Positions 23,784 to 38,700 of a stretch of 64,000 nucleotides of DNA are shown in pieces (positions within the stretch are counted from its first letter, which is position 1; each line of letters starts with the position of its first letter). The stretch covers positions 4,914,422 through 4,978,421 of the forward strand of contig NC_092678.1 of NCBI RefSeq assembly GCF_964355755.1. The letters run 5' to 3'. The translations under genes were made by a program, and so were the position numbers. The stretch is from Antedon mediterranea (lineage: Eukaryota > Animalia > Echinodermata). The notes under the pieces were generated by a model, which had not been told where the DNA came from, ran no database searches, and worked only from the letters and a program-made list of their open reading frames with translations.

Positions 23784-26700
23784 TTATAATGTCATAGACT
23801 TGTTAGGGCCGGCAGATGTAGGCCTGTGGCGACTTAACGATGAAGACTGATTGGGTAGGGGTCTGACAGGCTTCGGCCTCACTGCAGGCTTAGGTGCTGT
23901 TGGCGTTGTAGGTGTAGTCGGGGTTGTGTGAGCTGGGAACATGACGTCGCGTACGATGTCTGGTGTAAGAGATGGTGATGGTGTGTCTGGAATCTGGTCG
24001 AGTTCTTTGAGGTTGTTTGCCATTGTGTTATCAATCTCACGGACCATGTGTTTGTACGAGTTCTCGTTGGATTGAGGTGATTGGTCAGTCTTTGGTTCTT
24101 CTATAACCACATCCAATGTGTTCGATGACTCACTTAAACTTCGACTGCACGACATAAAATAAGAAAACAAATTTGTTATACTTCATACAACTACAAGCGA
24201 AGATAGCAAAGGCAAATGAAACTGCAGTTGTACAAAGATTAAGATCAAACAATGGATGAAATCAGTTTGAACTAAAAACTTTTGCTAATTAACATGCGTC
24301 AATACTAACAATCATATTCAACAAAAGTTTCAATATCTAATCTTCAATATTTTTGTATTTTGCAGAACTGAGCATCTATTTTCTACATTAATATTCGATA
24401 TTGAAACTTCTACATTGTTTGCAACACAAACTGAAATAGATTAATTTTAAGTCTTTTCAATTTTTGCATTTCAATTAAAAATTATTATTTCTTTTAGGAT
24501 GATAGCTTGATTCACCAATTTCCTATTTAACATTCAATGTTAGTTTTTAAAAAATAATTCAAAATACTAAAGAAAAATACAGCAAAATACAAAATAAATA
24601 TAAAGACGTTCCTACACACAAAATAAAGCAAAAATCAGTAAAATAGTTGTTTATAGTCAATAACTTTCAGCCAATACTAAACATTGGAGCAGATTGTTAG
24701 TAACAAAAATATATCTATATACAGATAAAGCTGAAATAGAAAATATTTATGAAAATTAATATTTAAATCTATCATACATAATCAATGCAGTTACTGCAGT
24801 AAATCACAGTAGCTGCAGTAACTGTAATAAGTTACTGCATACAAATGAAATGAAAACACTGCACTCAAAGTTATGACTATCTACAAAAATATAAAACAAC
24901 GTATAAATGCAGATTACTAAACATTGCTGAAAATAAATATTGGCCACTCTGCGCTTGCGATAGGTTGCAAGTTTGTGTGAGGTGTATTTCTTACGTGTTT
25001 TTAAAGCTGATCTAAGCCATCCCATTCACAGAATGCATCTTACTGTATAGCATTGGACAAGGGAAAGAAATGAGATAAAATTAAACTACTTACTACCAGT
25101 GATGGCTGTAAGTATCTTCAGGGAATAATTTCGCCAGTGTAGCATAGCAAAAAGCTATACAAAACAACCTTTTTGCTACACATTTCTACAATTTTGTAGC
25201 AAAAAATACAATACAAAAATATGTTTCTTGACTAAAAAATCAGTTTGATTAGCAATTTTGCTAAACAAAATTTTCAAATGAAATTTTTCCCTGATCTTCT
25301 TTAAGATTACTCAGCACCCTTCATTGTACTTCCAATTTGTTTTAATTTGTTAATACTGTTAAATCTTGTTGATAAAAACTATTACAATTTTATTTTGTGA
25401 GACAAAGAATCTCGATTTTGACTGAAATGTGTCTATAGTACTTTGTTAGCATTGTTCACCACCAGGGTCTTAAAGAGGCGGCATGCTTTACGTGCAAAAC
25501 ATCGGTTTTGAAGTGAGAAATTCATGTTAAGATAGATTTCTTTTTAAACAGCTGCATTTATACAAGAAATTATGAAGATGAAATAATTTAAAAGATATGG
25601 AAAAAAAGGGTTATTGTTGATTAAATTATTCTAAAATAAGGTTTGTTAATTATTGGTTGTCGGCTGGGCAAGTGAAGATTGTCAAATAAATGTTGACTTA
25701 CGGGGCATCTTCGGGTCTTCTGGGCAACCAAGGCGAGGCGTCTTGCTCTTGGTCGCCCACTTGGTCGCCATCTGTTGCCGCCTTGAGCTGGTGAGGGTTA
25801 TTGACAATAGGGCGGCTCAGATCATTCAAATTGTTGTGTATGTCAAAATGTCGTACTAGAAGAATAGGATGAAACAACGTGTTATTGTATATGATGCGCT
25901 ATATGCTAAGCAAACAGCTATAGATGTGCTGCACCATAGTGCATAATGGTTATTTTTCAAATAGAATAGATATTTTTTTGCATGTACAATTTGAACACAA
26001 ACCATCATGTCTTGAAGAAGAGTTACACATTTTTATGCATTTTCACATTCACTGCCATTAGATTTAGGTTGTATGGAAAAATGACAATCCCATCATGCAA
26101 CAACAATAGCAAATTTAATTAGAAAAGGGGCGAGTTGTTTCATCCTTCACGATGCCAACTTTAATAACCAACATTGACTAGAGAAATAATGTGGCAGGGA
26201 ATGTGAAAGGAGTCGACTTTTGTCAATATTAGCAAGTTAGTTGCAGAATAATTATCAATAAAACTTTCTTTGGAAATGGAAAAAAAAAAATTAAGTGATG
26301 TAATTAAATTGCAATGCAAAGCGTTCAGAATTTTTATAGCAGAAAAATTGAGCCAATTAGAAAACAGCACATTTTAATCAGCCAATAAGAGAAGTTTGTA
26401 TATTAAATTATTCACATTATGCAAATGTTCTACAGAAAGTATGCCTATTCAGGGCACAAGGTTATCAAAGTCAAATATGCATGTTCAGGGTTTAAAAGGT
26501 CAGATTGAATGGTGCATACGTGCTGAAGAATGTAAATACCAAGTCGGTGGCAGCGGCGGGGGGAGGCATTTTAAGCTCTATGCTCTCCCATCAATAACTG
26601 TATCTCGTCATCATTTATGCAAATGAGAGGCGATCCCTGTAGTCGTTCATCTATGAATGTGTAATAATTAAATTAACAACTGACTGCATCTATACATTTT

Positions 26701-29700
26701 TAGATCTATTTAAGGGTAGTCAGCTTTGCCTTAGCTTCTATACTATATTTCTATATTAAAAATGGTTAGCAATTTTTTGCGAAGGAGCCATTTAAGCATA
26801 AAGATCTGTCTACACTATCAAAAAAGTTTGCTCAAATACGGTAGTGATATACCCAAATATGGTAGCGATATGACATCATCATGTCCATATATGGGCACAT
26901 CACATTTTTTTGTCGCATAAAGTTTGATAGTGTAGACAGAGCTTTAGACAACTGATTAGAAGCTTACCACTGACGTCATCCCCAAACTCACTGCCTATAT
27001 CCGTGATCGTATCTAGACTAGGCGACGGACTGAAAGAACAAAACACAGCATCATTTAAAATGTGTCACTTTTACCACCTAACCATGACAAAACAGCCTCA
27101 TGATCGTCTCATAATTAATTACAACAAAAACACTACATCGAAAGGGTCACAATATGTCAACACTTGCCTTATATCAGCTTCATTTAGACCAATTTCTTCA
27201 TACATACGTCCTGAGTCGCGTGGAAAGATACTCTCTTGATATCGAATGATTGTTCCGATAAGTTCGTTGATGGGTCCTTGGTAACAAAGGTTTTCCACAT
27301 TGACTGGAGTCGGCATAAGCGTCGGACCAAAACATATTGCTAAGTTATGAGAGTCCATCATGTTTTCATCACTGTACTGAGATAAACTAAAAGAAAATAT
27401 ATGATTGCAGTTTATAGTTTGCATATTGCATGACCCAGGTCAAAAAGAAAAAGGATTTAGTGGCAATTTTTTCAATTACTGAAAAGTAAGACAAAGTTAA
27501 ATAGGTAAAAACAACATTTTAAGATTAACTTTAAGATAAATTTTTGTTTAAACTTACTGTTTAAGGAAGGCAAATAGATACCGCATCACAATCATGATGT
27601 CATCTGGAAGCTGTTCAATTAGGTTCTTTACCATCGCTATCCTATCTGAGGGTGCTGTTGTCCCTATAATATTGAAAAAAATCATGATGAACCAATAACA
27701 TAATTAACAGAAAGCTAGAATAATACGCTCACTGTAGAAACTTAACTGTCCTCAAACTTGGTTGCTACTAAGACGCAATGCAATGCATCAGTCAAACTAT
27801 TGCTTGTGATTGGTCCATCCAACTATACTTAAGTCAGACTGTCATGAATAGACTACCTACCTGAGTCCATACATTCCATAAACTGTTTAAACATAAACGT
27901 TGGAAAAAGAGGTTCTGGAAGTTCTCTGAAGTAACACTTGAGTACACTAGCAACAGAATTAATATCAGCCGTCTCTCCTCGTTCCGGTAACGGATCTTCA
28001 CCTGCAACAATCATGTGTCACATTAATCACAATATACATTAATGTTATTATAATTGTAAAATAAAATACTATAGATATTCTGTTTCAGATACCCAAAATA
28101 TACAACATTCAAATTGTAATGAAATGTGTGTTTTTTTCTTACCTTTTTCAAATGCAGATTTAATATCATTTATTTCTGACTGAGATCCGCCCACCCGGAA
28201 TATACCTTGATGATGAAGACCTAGTTAGGAAAAAATGTTTTCAATTTTTAAAATAAATTATTATTGTATAAATAATAAATAATAATCATCTATTACCAAT
28301 ATTTAAAATCGTATTTTTTAAGTGTCTGTTTCTCCTTTGTTTGTAGGCCTTTGTGTGTTTGCTAAAAGATAATAGTTTCTGTTACTGCTTGTTTGACATT
28401 TGAATTTGAATTAATAAAGTGTATTTGAATAGAATTTATGTAAATTTATTTACAACAATTCAAACAAACACATTTAAAATTCAGCAACATACAGTTTGAT
28501 ATCTATGCTTCATTAGTTAATACGAGCAGGTATTTCAATGTGCTCTACATATACATTAATTACATAGGCATAATTATCATTTTCAAATTTTTATGAACAA
28601 AAAATACAGACTTTAATATTCAAATTATATTCTCTTTATGCTTCCAATTTTTGCAAATTTAAAAACCCGATTGATGTACTAGATTGAAGCGTGGCATTGG
28701 CCAGCTCAGTATTGCCAATTATAACACATTTTGTTCATTACAATCTCAGGTTATGAGCCTCAAAATCATCATAAGCAATAAAGATATTAATGCTAAAAGA
28801 TGACTCATAATAACAGAGAGATATCATGCATTACCAAATATGGACATGACACTTGTAAAACCACCCTTACTGTCAGAAGCGGACACAGTTAAAAGTAACA
28901 GTAACGCCGCAACAAAATAATAAAGAATAAAAACAAATTGTATTTTTAAATTACTAAAATAAAATAAGCTTAAAAGCTAGACAGAGACAAAAGTAAAAAT
29001 CTATTTTTAAATGGTTATCGTTTGCAGTAATAACTAAAGTGGCCTCATGAGATTTCAATCTAGAAACATGATTTAAGAGTTAAAAAATAAATTCTAAAAG
29101 CTCGTAATTTTCTTACCAAAATAACGAATATGTTCAATACAACTCAATACCACCACCGGTATGTCCTGCCCACTTGCCTACAAATAACAAAACAAATATT
29201 TTATCAATCAATAATTAATTTACTAATAATTTATTTATTAATCAATATTTGTCAAAAAAGAGTTAATTTTGTTCCACTATACTTACCGCTATATATTTTT
29301 GGAGGTCACCTTTAAATAAAGGAGCGCCACACCTTGATACCGGGCGTGGCTTGCGTACAGGTTTTGGTGGGATGTAGGGAATTGGTCCATCAGAGTCTGA
29401 AACAACAACCAAAATCATATTTCAAAATATTATAAAGCTATAATATAAACGTTTGGGAGAAATATGGCACTGTAGCTCTATTGCTTGCTATCAGAGTCCT
29501 GGGTTCACATCTAATCAGGGTGTCCTTTCAGTTGATGGTTTGTGGACATTTATCAGCACCTACATAATGTGAATTTGTTTATTGACAATAATAGCGATGA
29601 AATGAGAAAATGATTAGCTTTTGATTTGCAACTGCCGATGACCTAGGAACAGTTAGGTCAAGTTAATCCATTGTGCGCATACAGGCAAAGTTTGGACGTC

Positions 29701-32700
29701 CTTTCTCGACACATTGTTTCTAGGTCCTGACAATAATGATACATCAGGTCAAAGGTCATTGCAATTCCCAAGCTTCCCCTGAGTTACTTACTGTGACCAA
29801 GTGCTTTGCTTATCAAGTCGTAACGAGCTTGTAATCGTGTTTCTATGTTTGTGTTCCTCAAAAACTCTTTATATTTCTGCAATAAAATCAAACAATTCAG
29901 AAATATAATTATAAATAAATATAAATAAAATATTAAAGAAATCTACATCAATGTTTTGAAAACACAATATGCATTTTGTGTAGTTTTATTTGAATATTTT
30001 AGGAATATAATTGTATTTGTATTTACTGTACTAGTAAAACTGTCGGTATAATTTTAAATATTAAAGGATTTTCTACATGTTTAGTTTTCTGCTTGCATTG
30101 ATTCAATATATTTTGTTGATGTGCTGTTATTTTTTTTAATATGGCTTTTATATTAATAGAATACAGTTTATTTATTATCTATCTATTATACTCTGAAGGT
30201 GGATTTAAGACTTAACTGGCACACTTTTCACAGAAAAACTGAAGAAAACAAGATCACATGACAGATTGACTTCCTTTAGCAGGAAAAGTTCAATAAATTA
30301 GGAACTATTAAAGGCAGAAGAGGGGAGACGGTAGACAAATAGATCGGCAGTGAAGTGACTTATTGTAATACTTAGCAACTATTAACCCACTCTGCTAATA
30401 TAAACAACAACTTCCTCTAACTACTGAAATGTTATCTATACTCATAATGTATTAAGTAGTAGTAGTAGTCATTGTACTGTTTATGTAATAGCCATATTAG
30501 TATATCAACTTTTTTCATAATAAAAATATAATATATCAACTCTTTGTATAGACATAGTAATATATCAACTCTTTGTATAGACATATTAATATATCAATTT
30601 TTTGCATAATAGACATATCAATATGTATTATAAACTCTTGATATAATAGACTCATTTTAATATATCATTATCAACTCTTATATAATGGATAAAGTAGTAG
30701 GTAGGTATTTTTAAATAGGTCAAAGGTCATACATCCAAGTAGTAATTCTCTGTATCGGTTGGTTTGCTTGGTCGCCGGATTGATGGTGTACGCTTGAACT
30801 CGATCGGTATTTCCATATCTTGCGCGGTCTTGAATGCCGCTCTCACTTCATCCTCTTTGAAATGGCTCTCGTCCGTCTCCCAGTTTTTCTTCAGTTCATT
30901 CAACGTCTTTAGGATCTGAAATAAAATATTATCATTTAAAAGATGCAGAAACAATTCTGAAACTGATAAATAGCCTCACGTAATTACTATTATATTCCTT
31001 TAGTATTGACTGCCTGACCTCTTCACTCTCTGCTTTGACTTCTTTTAAGCGACCTGCTTGGCGTTGGAAACGTTCACTTAAGTCCTTATGTAATGGATCT
31101 TGTGCACTCACTTCATGAATCTGTCAACATTTAGACAAAATTTAATATTTGTTATCAATTTTCATTAGAAAAACCAGGCTACATACATATGTACAGAAGG
31201 CCTTACTGGATGGAAAACAAAATATCTAACTACCGTATGTGACAAAAGATGAGTTGTGCCCAAATATGGACATGATTATGTCATATCACTACCATATTTG
31301 GGCACATCACACTTTTGTCAAACTAGTCTGATAGTGTAGACAGAGCTTTACCTATAGCTTATCACCAGTTTTAGTCCAAGTTGGGCCTGGATTCGGAAAA
31401 TTAGCACAGGCGGGTGGGATTAAATTGGGCTTATGTTGGGATTAGATTAAAACCTATTTATCATAAGACTGAATTTAAATACAGGATTGGGGTTATACAG
31501 TACTTGGGCATGGGATTATATTCAATCCTATACAGTATATTTTCATACCTCGTCGCCCCCATGTGGTTGATAATGGAATGTCTGGGGAGGCACAAAAGCT
31601 GAACAATTCGTTTCCATGAACAGTTGCTTATCGTTCAAAGCATTCAGGTTGTTGACGCAATCCGTCAACTTGTTAATACCGTCCTCTCTCATCTCCTTCA
31701 TTTGTGTTTCAGCGGTCAGAAATGCCCCGAAGGTTTTCCGCGTTGACCGGACATAACCAAGGTCCAAGCACTGAAATGTGATGACAAAAGAAATAATCAG
31801 ATATAAACAGCAATGATGCATTTCAACTGATAAGACTATATATATTTTACTATATTGTGGTTTTTAATGTCCAATTTAATTTACTCCAGATTGTGCATAT
31901 TAAACTACATTTTTTAGATGCTTTTATGACAATACTGAAATAAAAACACCAGGATTTGAAGCATACCAACCAACACTCCCTAATAACTTTGCAAATTGCT
32001 GAAGATCCATCTATAATTATGATATCTACTCCAAATAAATATCTGTTTGAACTTTGCTCTTGCCGCTCAAATCATTTATTTCCAAAGGTTAAAAGATCAA
32101 TGATATAAAAAATAATTGCCTAAATGAAACTCGAAACCTTCTATTAAATTAGAAATGCTGAAGGAGATTTGAAAGGTTCTCATACATCAAGTTCACTTGG
32201 AGGTTAATTTGTCCCTTGATCCTTAACAACATGCAAAAGGCACAGAGAAAGCGATTGGCATGTTTTATGTACGAAGGATGCTATTTTTTTAAACATAGGA
32301 CTCGAGGAGTCTTGAAAAGCTTTGGTAGTCCCAGTACATTTAAACATCAAAGGGCAACTATAGAATAAGTACGGTTTTATTTTCACGCTGCTGCTCTAGC
32401 CCGTTACATCACACGAGATGACTCATTTATTAGATGAAATCAAGCAGCAGTTATAGTACTACACTTTGACATTTTTGCTAAAATGGAAACTCGACTATAA
32501 TTTATAGGTACCAGCTGCATTTCTGGTATTTATGAGTCTCATGACAATACTGTATTTCGCTGTCAGATAATCATTGAATTATTATCAAAACAGTCCATGA
32601 AAGTTTTTGTTTGTAATATGATACTTCAAACTTGAAGTATCTATTCACTTCTGTAACAAAATTCACATTAAAAAGAGAAAAGAAACGTTTAATTATAACT

Positions 32701-35700
32701 CAAAAACCATTGTCTGACAGACAATTGAAGTATTTTTTGTTTTTAATTACATTTTTTTCAGGTTGAATAACTATAATGTGACAATAAAATGACACATTCA
32801 AAAACAAATTTGAAATAAAAAATATTTTTCAGAGGGACAATATCTTTAAATCTGTAATCAATAAGCGAGCAGCGTTTTTTGTAAGAAATATTTCTTGTTT
32901 TAGTCAGAGGAAACATGGCAAAAGGCTTCTAATCACTCTCTAGGAGTTTTATCAGATAATCTATATTGTTTTGACAACTCTTGTAAGATGACCACAGTGC
33001 TGATTTTGCCATTTTCCCCTTGAACTTTTCAGGTATATTTCAGACCACAAATCCCACATGATGTTGAACATACCGCCATATTAATTGTTATATTATTGTG
33101 TAAATAGTATTGTTGCGTAGGATTGTATATATACAAGGACATAATATGGTTATATTATTGTGTTAGTATAGGTTGTATGCGTAGGATTTGTATGCATAAA
33201 AGGACATAATATGGTTATATTATTGTGTGTGTACAGTATAACAGGAGTTGTAGAGGTTGAACACTTTAAAAGGATATAATATGGTTAATGTGTGATAGTA
33301 GTACTAGTGCCTTTGTTGATTGACAAGAACGACAAAGGGAAGTAACGTAGGAAATGTCAATAAAATAGTCACTAATTGAGATTGTAACAAACCTAGTAAT
33401 ACAGTATAAACATCCTTATATAGATAGCAAATTGGCTTAAATTTACATTCACAAATCTCATGTAAAATCTAAAATAAGAGTCGACATCAAGCAACTTATT
33501 TGACCATGTCAGTTACTGCAGTTACTGCAATTATGTACTCTTTAACTGGTTATACAATTATCTATTTTTTTGGTATCTATATAATCATATACGTTGTTCA
33601 TTGCAGGGACAACCTCATAAATGTATAGTACATTGAAACAAACTATACTCATCAGTATAATAATTTTGACATGATCCCTAATATAAATGTAACATGTAGA
33701 TATTGCGAATAGTTGTAATCAAAACACATTATGAGTTTGTATAATTTCCTCATAGCTTTCATAATATGTTTTAATAATACTACATATGGTATGGTATTAG
33801 GGAGTTTCGCAACCTTACGAATACGGTAACGAAAACGGATACGTCATACATTTGTGAAACTTTTGAGCTGATCCCCATTTCATATTCGTAAAGCGTATTC
33901 GTGTTGACGAATATCACCAGTCATATTCGTAACTACAAAACGAGTATAGTTTTTGATCTATTTTGCACATTTTGCATTTGAATCAGGAATGATTCATGAT
34001 TATAATATAATTATAGATTTATTGAAAGTAATTTACTAAAGTAACGCGCCTCAATATTTCGTTGCCATGCGAAACAGATTTTTTTATGGCTTACGAAAAC
34101 AAATACGTGTGCGTGACGTATCCGTTTTCGTTATCGTATTTATAAGATTGCGAAACCTCTTTAGTATTGTGAGTTTTAATTGTGTATATGTTATTTACAC
34201 TTTTAGTTTCTAGTTTTTATAAAATAATTTTTTTTTCTAAATAAATATAAAGTAGAGTTGTGCTTTTGTTACCATATTATGTTAATAAAAATTACAATAA
34301 TATAATTGTATCCTGTATAAACAGTGGATATTGTAAACAAACATTTGTGAGTTTGTTATTGTCGTTTTGCATAATTTCCGTGTTTGCACAATATGGTATA
34401 TTACTGCCTTGTGTTTAATTGTGTTGTTATTTACCACGCCACATTGTTTTCTATTTTTTAGTTTTAATTTTAAATTTGAAAATGTAATGCTACAGATTAA
34501 TGTTTCAAATTTAAGAAGATAAAAACAAATTCGTTTGTACACAGAAAAATCTGCTTTAAAGCTGATGTACAGAGAGATATCACAATCATGAATTAGGTGT
34601 CTCCTATTTAATTGCAACGCATTGATAATAATAATAACAATAAGCTTTATTTAATCACGGATACTTAACTCAACTAAAAGTTGTTTTTCAGTAAGACCGT
34701 GCTCAAAGGAAAACACCAACAATAATAAATGTAAAAAGCAGATATCAAATCAAATAATAAAACAATTACAGAAGCAAAATGCAATAGCATTTTAATTTAT
34801 CCACACGCCACAGCATCAGGCCGCAAGCTATTGTAGGTCGTTACTTCAGAAAATGAGAGCGAACATCACAGATGATTAAATTGTTAATTGAGTTCAAAAA
34901 CAAAAGAGTTGTGATTAAATAATGGTCATGTGAGGCACACTTGGCATGTTAATTGAAAATTATAGTGTAATTGCATGTAATGTTAGAGTATAATAACGAA
35001 GTCAGTTAGGTTACTAATTGAGGTTACGGCAATTCTATCTACATGTTTTATAGGGGAGGATGTTAGGGGAGTCCCCCAATCCTCTTTAAGCCATGTCTAC
35101 ACTATCGAACTTTATGTGACAAAAAAATGTACATATATGGACATGATGATGTTATATCATTACCATATTTGAGCATATCACTACCATATTCGGGCACATC
35201 ACACTTTATTTGTCAAATAAGTTTGATAGTGTAGACATTGCTTTAGTAAGGTTTTGCCTTTCTCTGCTCATTTTTTGTTGATGAACTAATAGTACTTTTT
35301 AAATTACTAGTTGAATTTCCTAGAAGTAGGCTGAAAGATGATACTCACATCGATAAGTTCTGTGACATCATTTTCAAAATATTTCCTAAGTGCCGAGTTA
35401 GATGCTGCTATTGATAGGATATAGTCATTCCTTGCTTTTGTGGCTTCTATCTTCCTCTCTTGGTACCTCTGTAAATGCTGTAACCAAACAATACAATTAA
35501 TTATTTTGGATTTAAAATTAATACATGTTTACAGTAGAACAGCCAACCATGCAAGTCTCCCTATCTATGAGTGCTAGCTTACCTGGATAAACCAACAATA
35601 GCCCTTTTTTTCTCGAAGAGCAAGATATAAATGGTAGAGTCCATGAACTATGCTTTCAGGTGGGAGACTCCCCAAAAACCACCATCTTCTACTTTTCGAG

Positions 35701-38700
35701 TTATATCTCGTGTTTCAAGGAGAAAGGGCTATTGTTGGTTTATCCAGGAAAGCTAGGCACAAAATAGACTTATAATTATATATAGAAATTAAATAAATGC
35801 AGAAAAACCCAATAGATAGTAATTTAATATATTTGGTGCAGGTTTTAGTTTTTGGCATCTAACAAGAGATAATGTGATAATTTTACTGCGAGTAATTCTT
35901 TAATTCTTGTTTTAACTCAATCCTACAACTGACCTATATTTAAAAATCTTTACAGTGAACAAATAAGTATTCGCTGATATACAATCACAAGACTAACCCA
36001 TCAAATAATTTAATATGATTATCAATTTAATGTTTTTCACTTGACTGCATAATGATAATGATGAGCAGGCTGTGTACATCCTGTAGCTGGTTGGTGTTTC
36101 CCTGGGGAAGCAGCAACGAGGACGACGACGAGGGCGATAACCCAACCAGCTAGGACGATAAGGACGATAACCCAACGACAACATCATAAAGAAAGGATGT
36201 TAGCACTACTTTTCTTCAGGAAATACTTAAACATTCTTAAGCATTAACTTATTTTAATAATACCACCACACACAAACCATAAGGTGAGGTAATGCTCTCA
36301 AAATAGTATATTACTTTGAATTGTGATTTTGGTAATTACAATAACAACAATTTCTAAAATCTGGTACATGTACATGTCGAAGGTTAACATGGTCTTAACA
36401 TTCTGAGATTTCATTGTCCTATCAATATTGGCGTATTCCATAACCGATGCAATACATTGTTGTAATCTTGTTGTGAATTTTACTTGGTTGCCCATCGGGA
36501 CGGACACTTTTTTGGTTTCCCTGTCACCAAGGACAACTGATCATGCAAGCTCAGTTATAATAATTGAATAAAATAATTAAACCTTGTCACGTTGTTTTTC
36601 CAATGTTTTGCTTTTTGATCGTTTTTCTTCTTGTCGTTGTTTGTCCGCTTCTGTCTTTCGTAGTCGACTTTCAGCGGCTTTGCTTTCCGCATGCCACGTA
36701 TGATATGTCTTGATGTCCTTTAAAGAAAAATACATAAAAACTTTTGATTGTAAACTTGGTTAATTAAAATTTGCTACTTCATTTTTTTATATTTTTTAGG
36801 AACTTTAATATCAAATTACAACTAAAACAAGATTAGATATCGAATTTAAAATTACATTTGATAGCCTACAGGCTATTCATAATTTAAAGTGATGAAAATA
36901 CATAATTTGATATATGGCTGGTCGACTATTCAAGTGATTGTCATTACTACAGTACTTAATTTAAAAGAAAATATTTACAAACTAATTATTAAAATAACAT
37001 TGCCTCTTTAAATAATGAGTTGAATTTAGAAAGAAATAAAAGAAAAAAGAGGAAAAAAACAAAGAAAAAGTTAGCATGAAAAAAAAAATAAAATTGTTAC
37101 ATATTTTCAAAAATCAAATAACATATTTGTTTAGGAATTCATACAAATCTATAAGATATGTAAGTAATATTTTATATTGCATGTTGCTAAAAATCCAAAG
37201 TCCTATAAATAAACTGTATACTACCATGTATATAGTATGCCTGCTTTATAATTATCTTTTATGAGAATATTATAAACAAAAAACCAAGTCTTCTTTGAGT
37301 TTTATGAGTTGTGGCATGCTTAGTGTAGTAAAGTGCTTTGTATAAATGACATTTAATACCTTTATCTGCTTCAACATTTCATTTTAAATGCCGTTTGCAA
37401 CATATGCAAATATTTATTTAATAACTCAACAAAATAGACATTTAAATCTACTGTCGATCCTTTGGTAAATTTTAAATTGTTTTCCTACTACTCCAATATA
37501 ATTAAAATTGCTGAATTAAATGTTTTCCTATAGTGTTACTGCAGTAATCTAAATTGCTAAATTAAATTTTTCTTTATACTGTTGTTCATTACTGCAGTAA
37601 TCTAAATTACTGAATTAAATGTTTTCCTATAGTATTGTTCTTTACTTCAGTAATCTAAATGCTTACATCATTATTTATAGTTAGTAAATTCCATTATTAT
37701 TATTAACAACTTCCTCTTGTAAACATATTTTAAATTTTTAAATAATATTGTAATTTCTAAAAAAATCATAAATGGATCTAAGAGGTGATAGGCTGAGTGT
37801 AATAAATGCCAAAGGTAATAAACAAACTAAATACAAAACTGTAACACTATGCTATATTCCTATATAATATAATCTAAATATTTGCCATTGTTTAAATATT
37901 GTTTACACTAAAAAAATGAGCAATATGATCTTTTTGTTTGGAATAGGATTGTTAATGTATCTCTGTATAGGCCTAAATGTGGTAATGACACGGCTTAATA
38001 TTTAGTATATAAATTCTGAATACGATTCGCCAATTAGGTTGTAAGTTTTTACTAGTATTATGTGCATTTGGTTCCTCTTAACGTTCAGTGATACAGTAAG
38101 TGTTGAATATCGCAGTTTTATTGTAATCTAGACATCCTATTAGAATCCCTAAATGTTTGTTTTAATCCAAGATATCCGAACATTAATCCTACATGTTGGT
38201 TTAATATCGATATCCTTACACACTAAGCCACAGAGGTAACGCCATGGCTTAATACAATGTAATTACACTAACAAATAGCTGTCAAAATAATGTTACAATA
38301 ATAAGTCTTATTAGCATTAAACTACTGCAGCTACTGCAGAAACCATGACATGCCAAGTTATTAAAGTTAAAGTACATTGTCATGGAAATATTAAATTATT
38401 AAAAATTATAATATAATAGACACAATTAAAGAATAATTTCATTATAGGAAATTTCTTTTTGAGTTTTATAATAAGGAAATAGATTACATTTAATAACGGA
38501 AATCAATAACCACAAACCAGCAATTGTTGGATTATATAGTCTCTTTGATTTCATTCAGGAATCTCACCGTCACTGACTATAATAGGAACTCACATTCCTG
38601 GTAGTCATTTCAAATCCTTCTTTGTAGTAACTAACAATGTACAAAGGGTAAACAATGCTAAGACATTGTACACAGCTAGCATCATGTGACAAATGTATGT

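Noticed and set aside
26540-26640. Pro-rich MPPPPLPPT segment as an extra srGAP exon
   Set aside because: Candidate acceptors lack a pyrimidine tract or lead to immediate stops; unsupported.
35993-36187. ORF with GYRP repeats (GACGAY-rich patch)
   Set aside because: Short local duplication with stops in the acidic frame and no splice or homology support.
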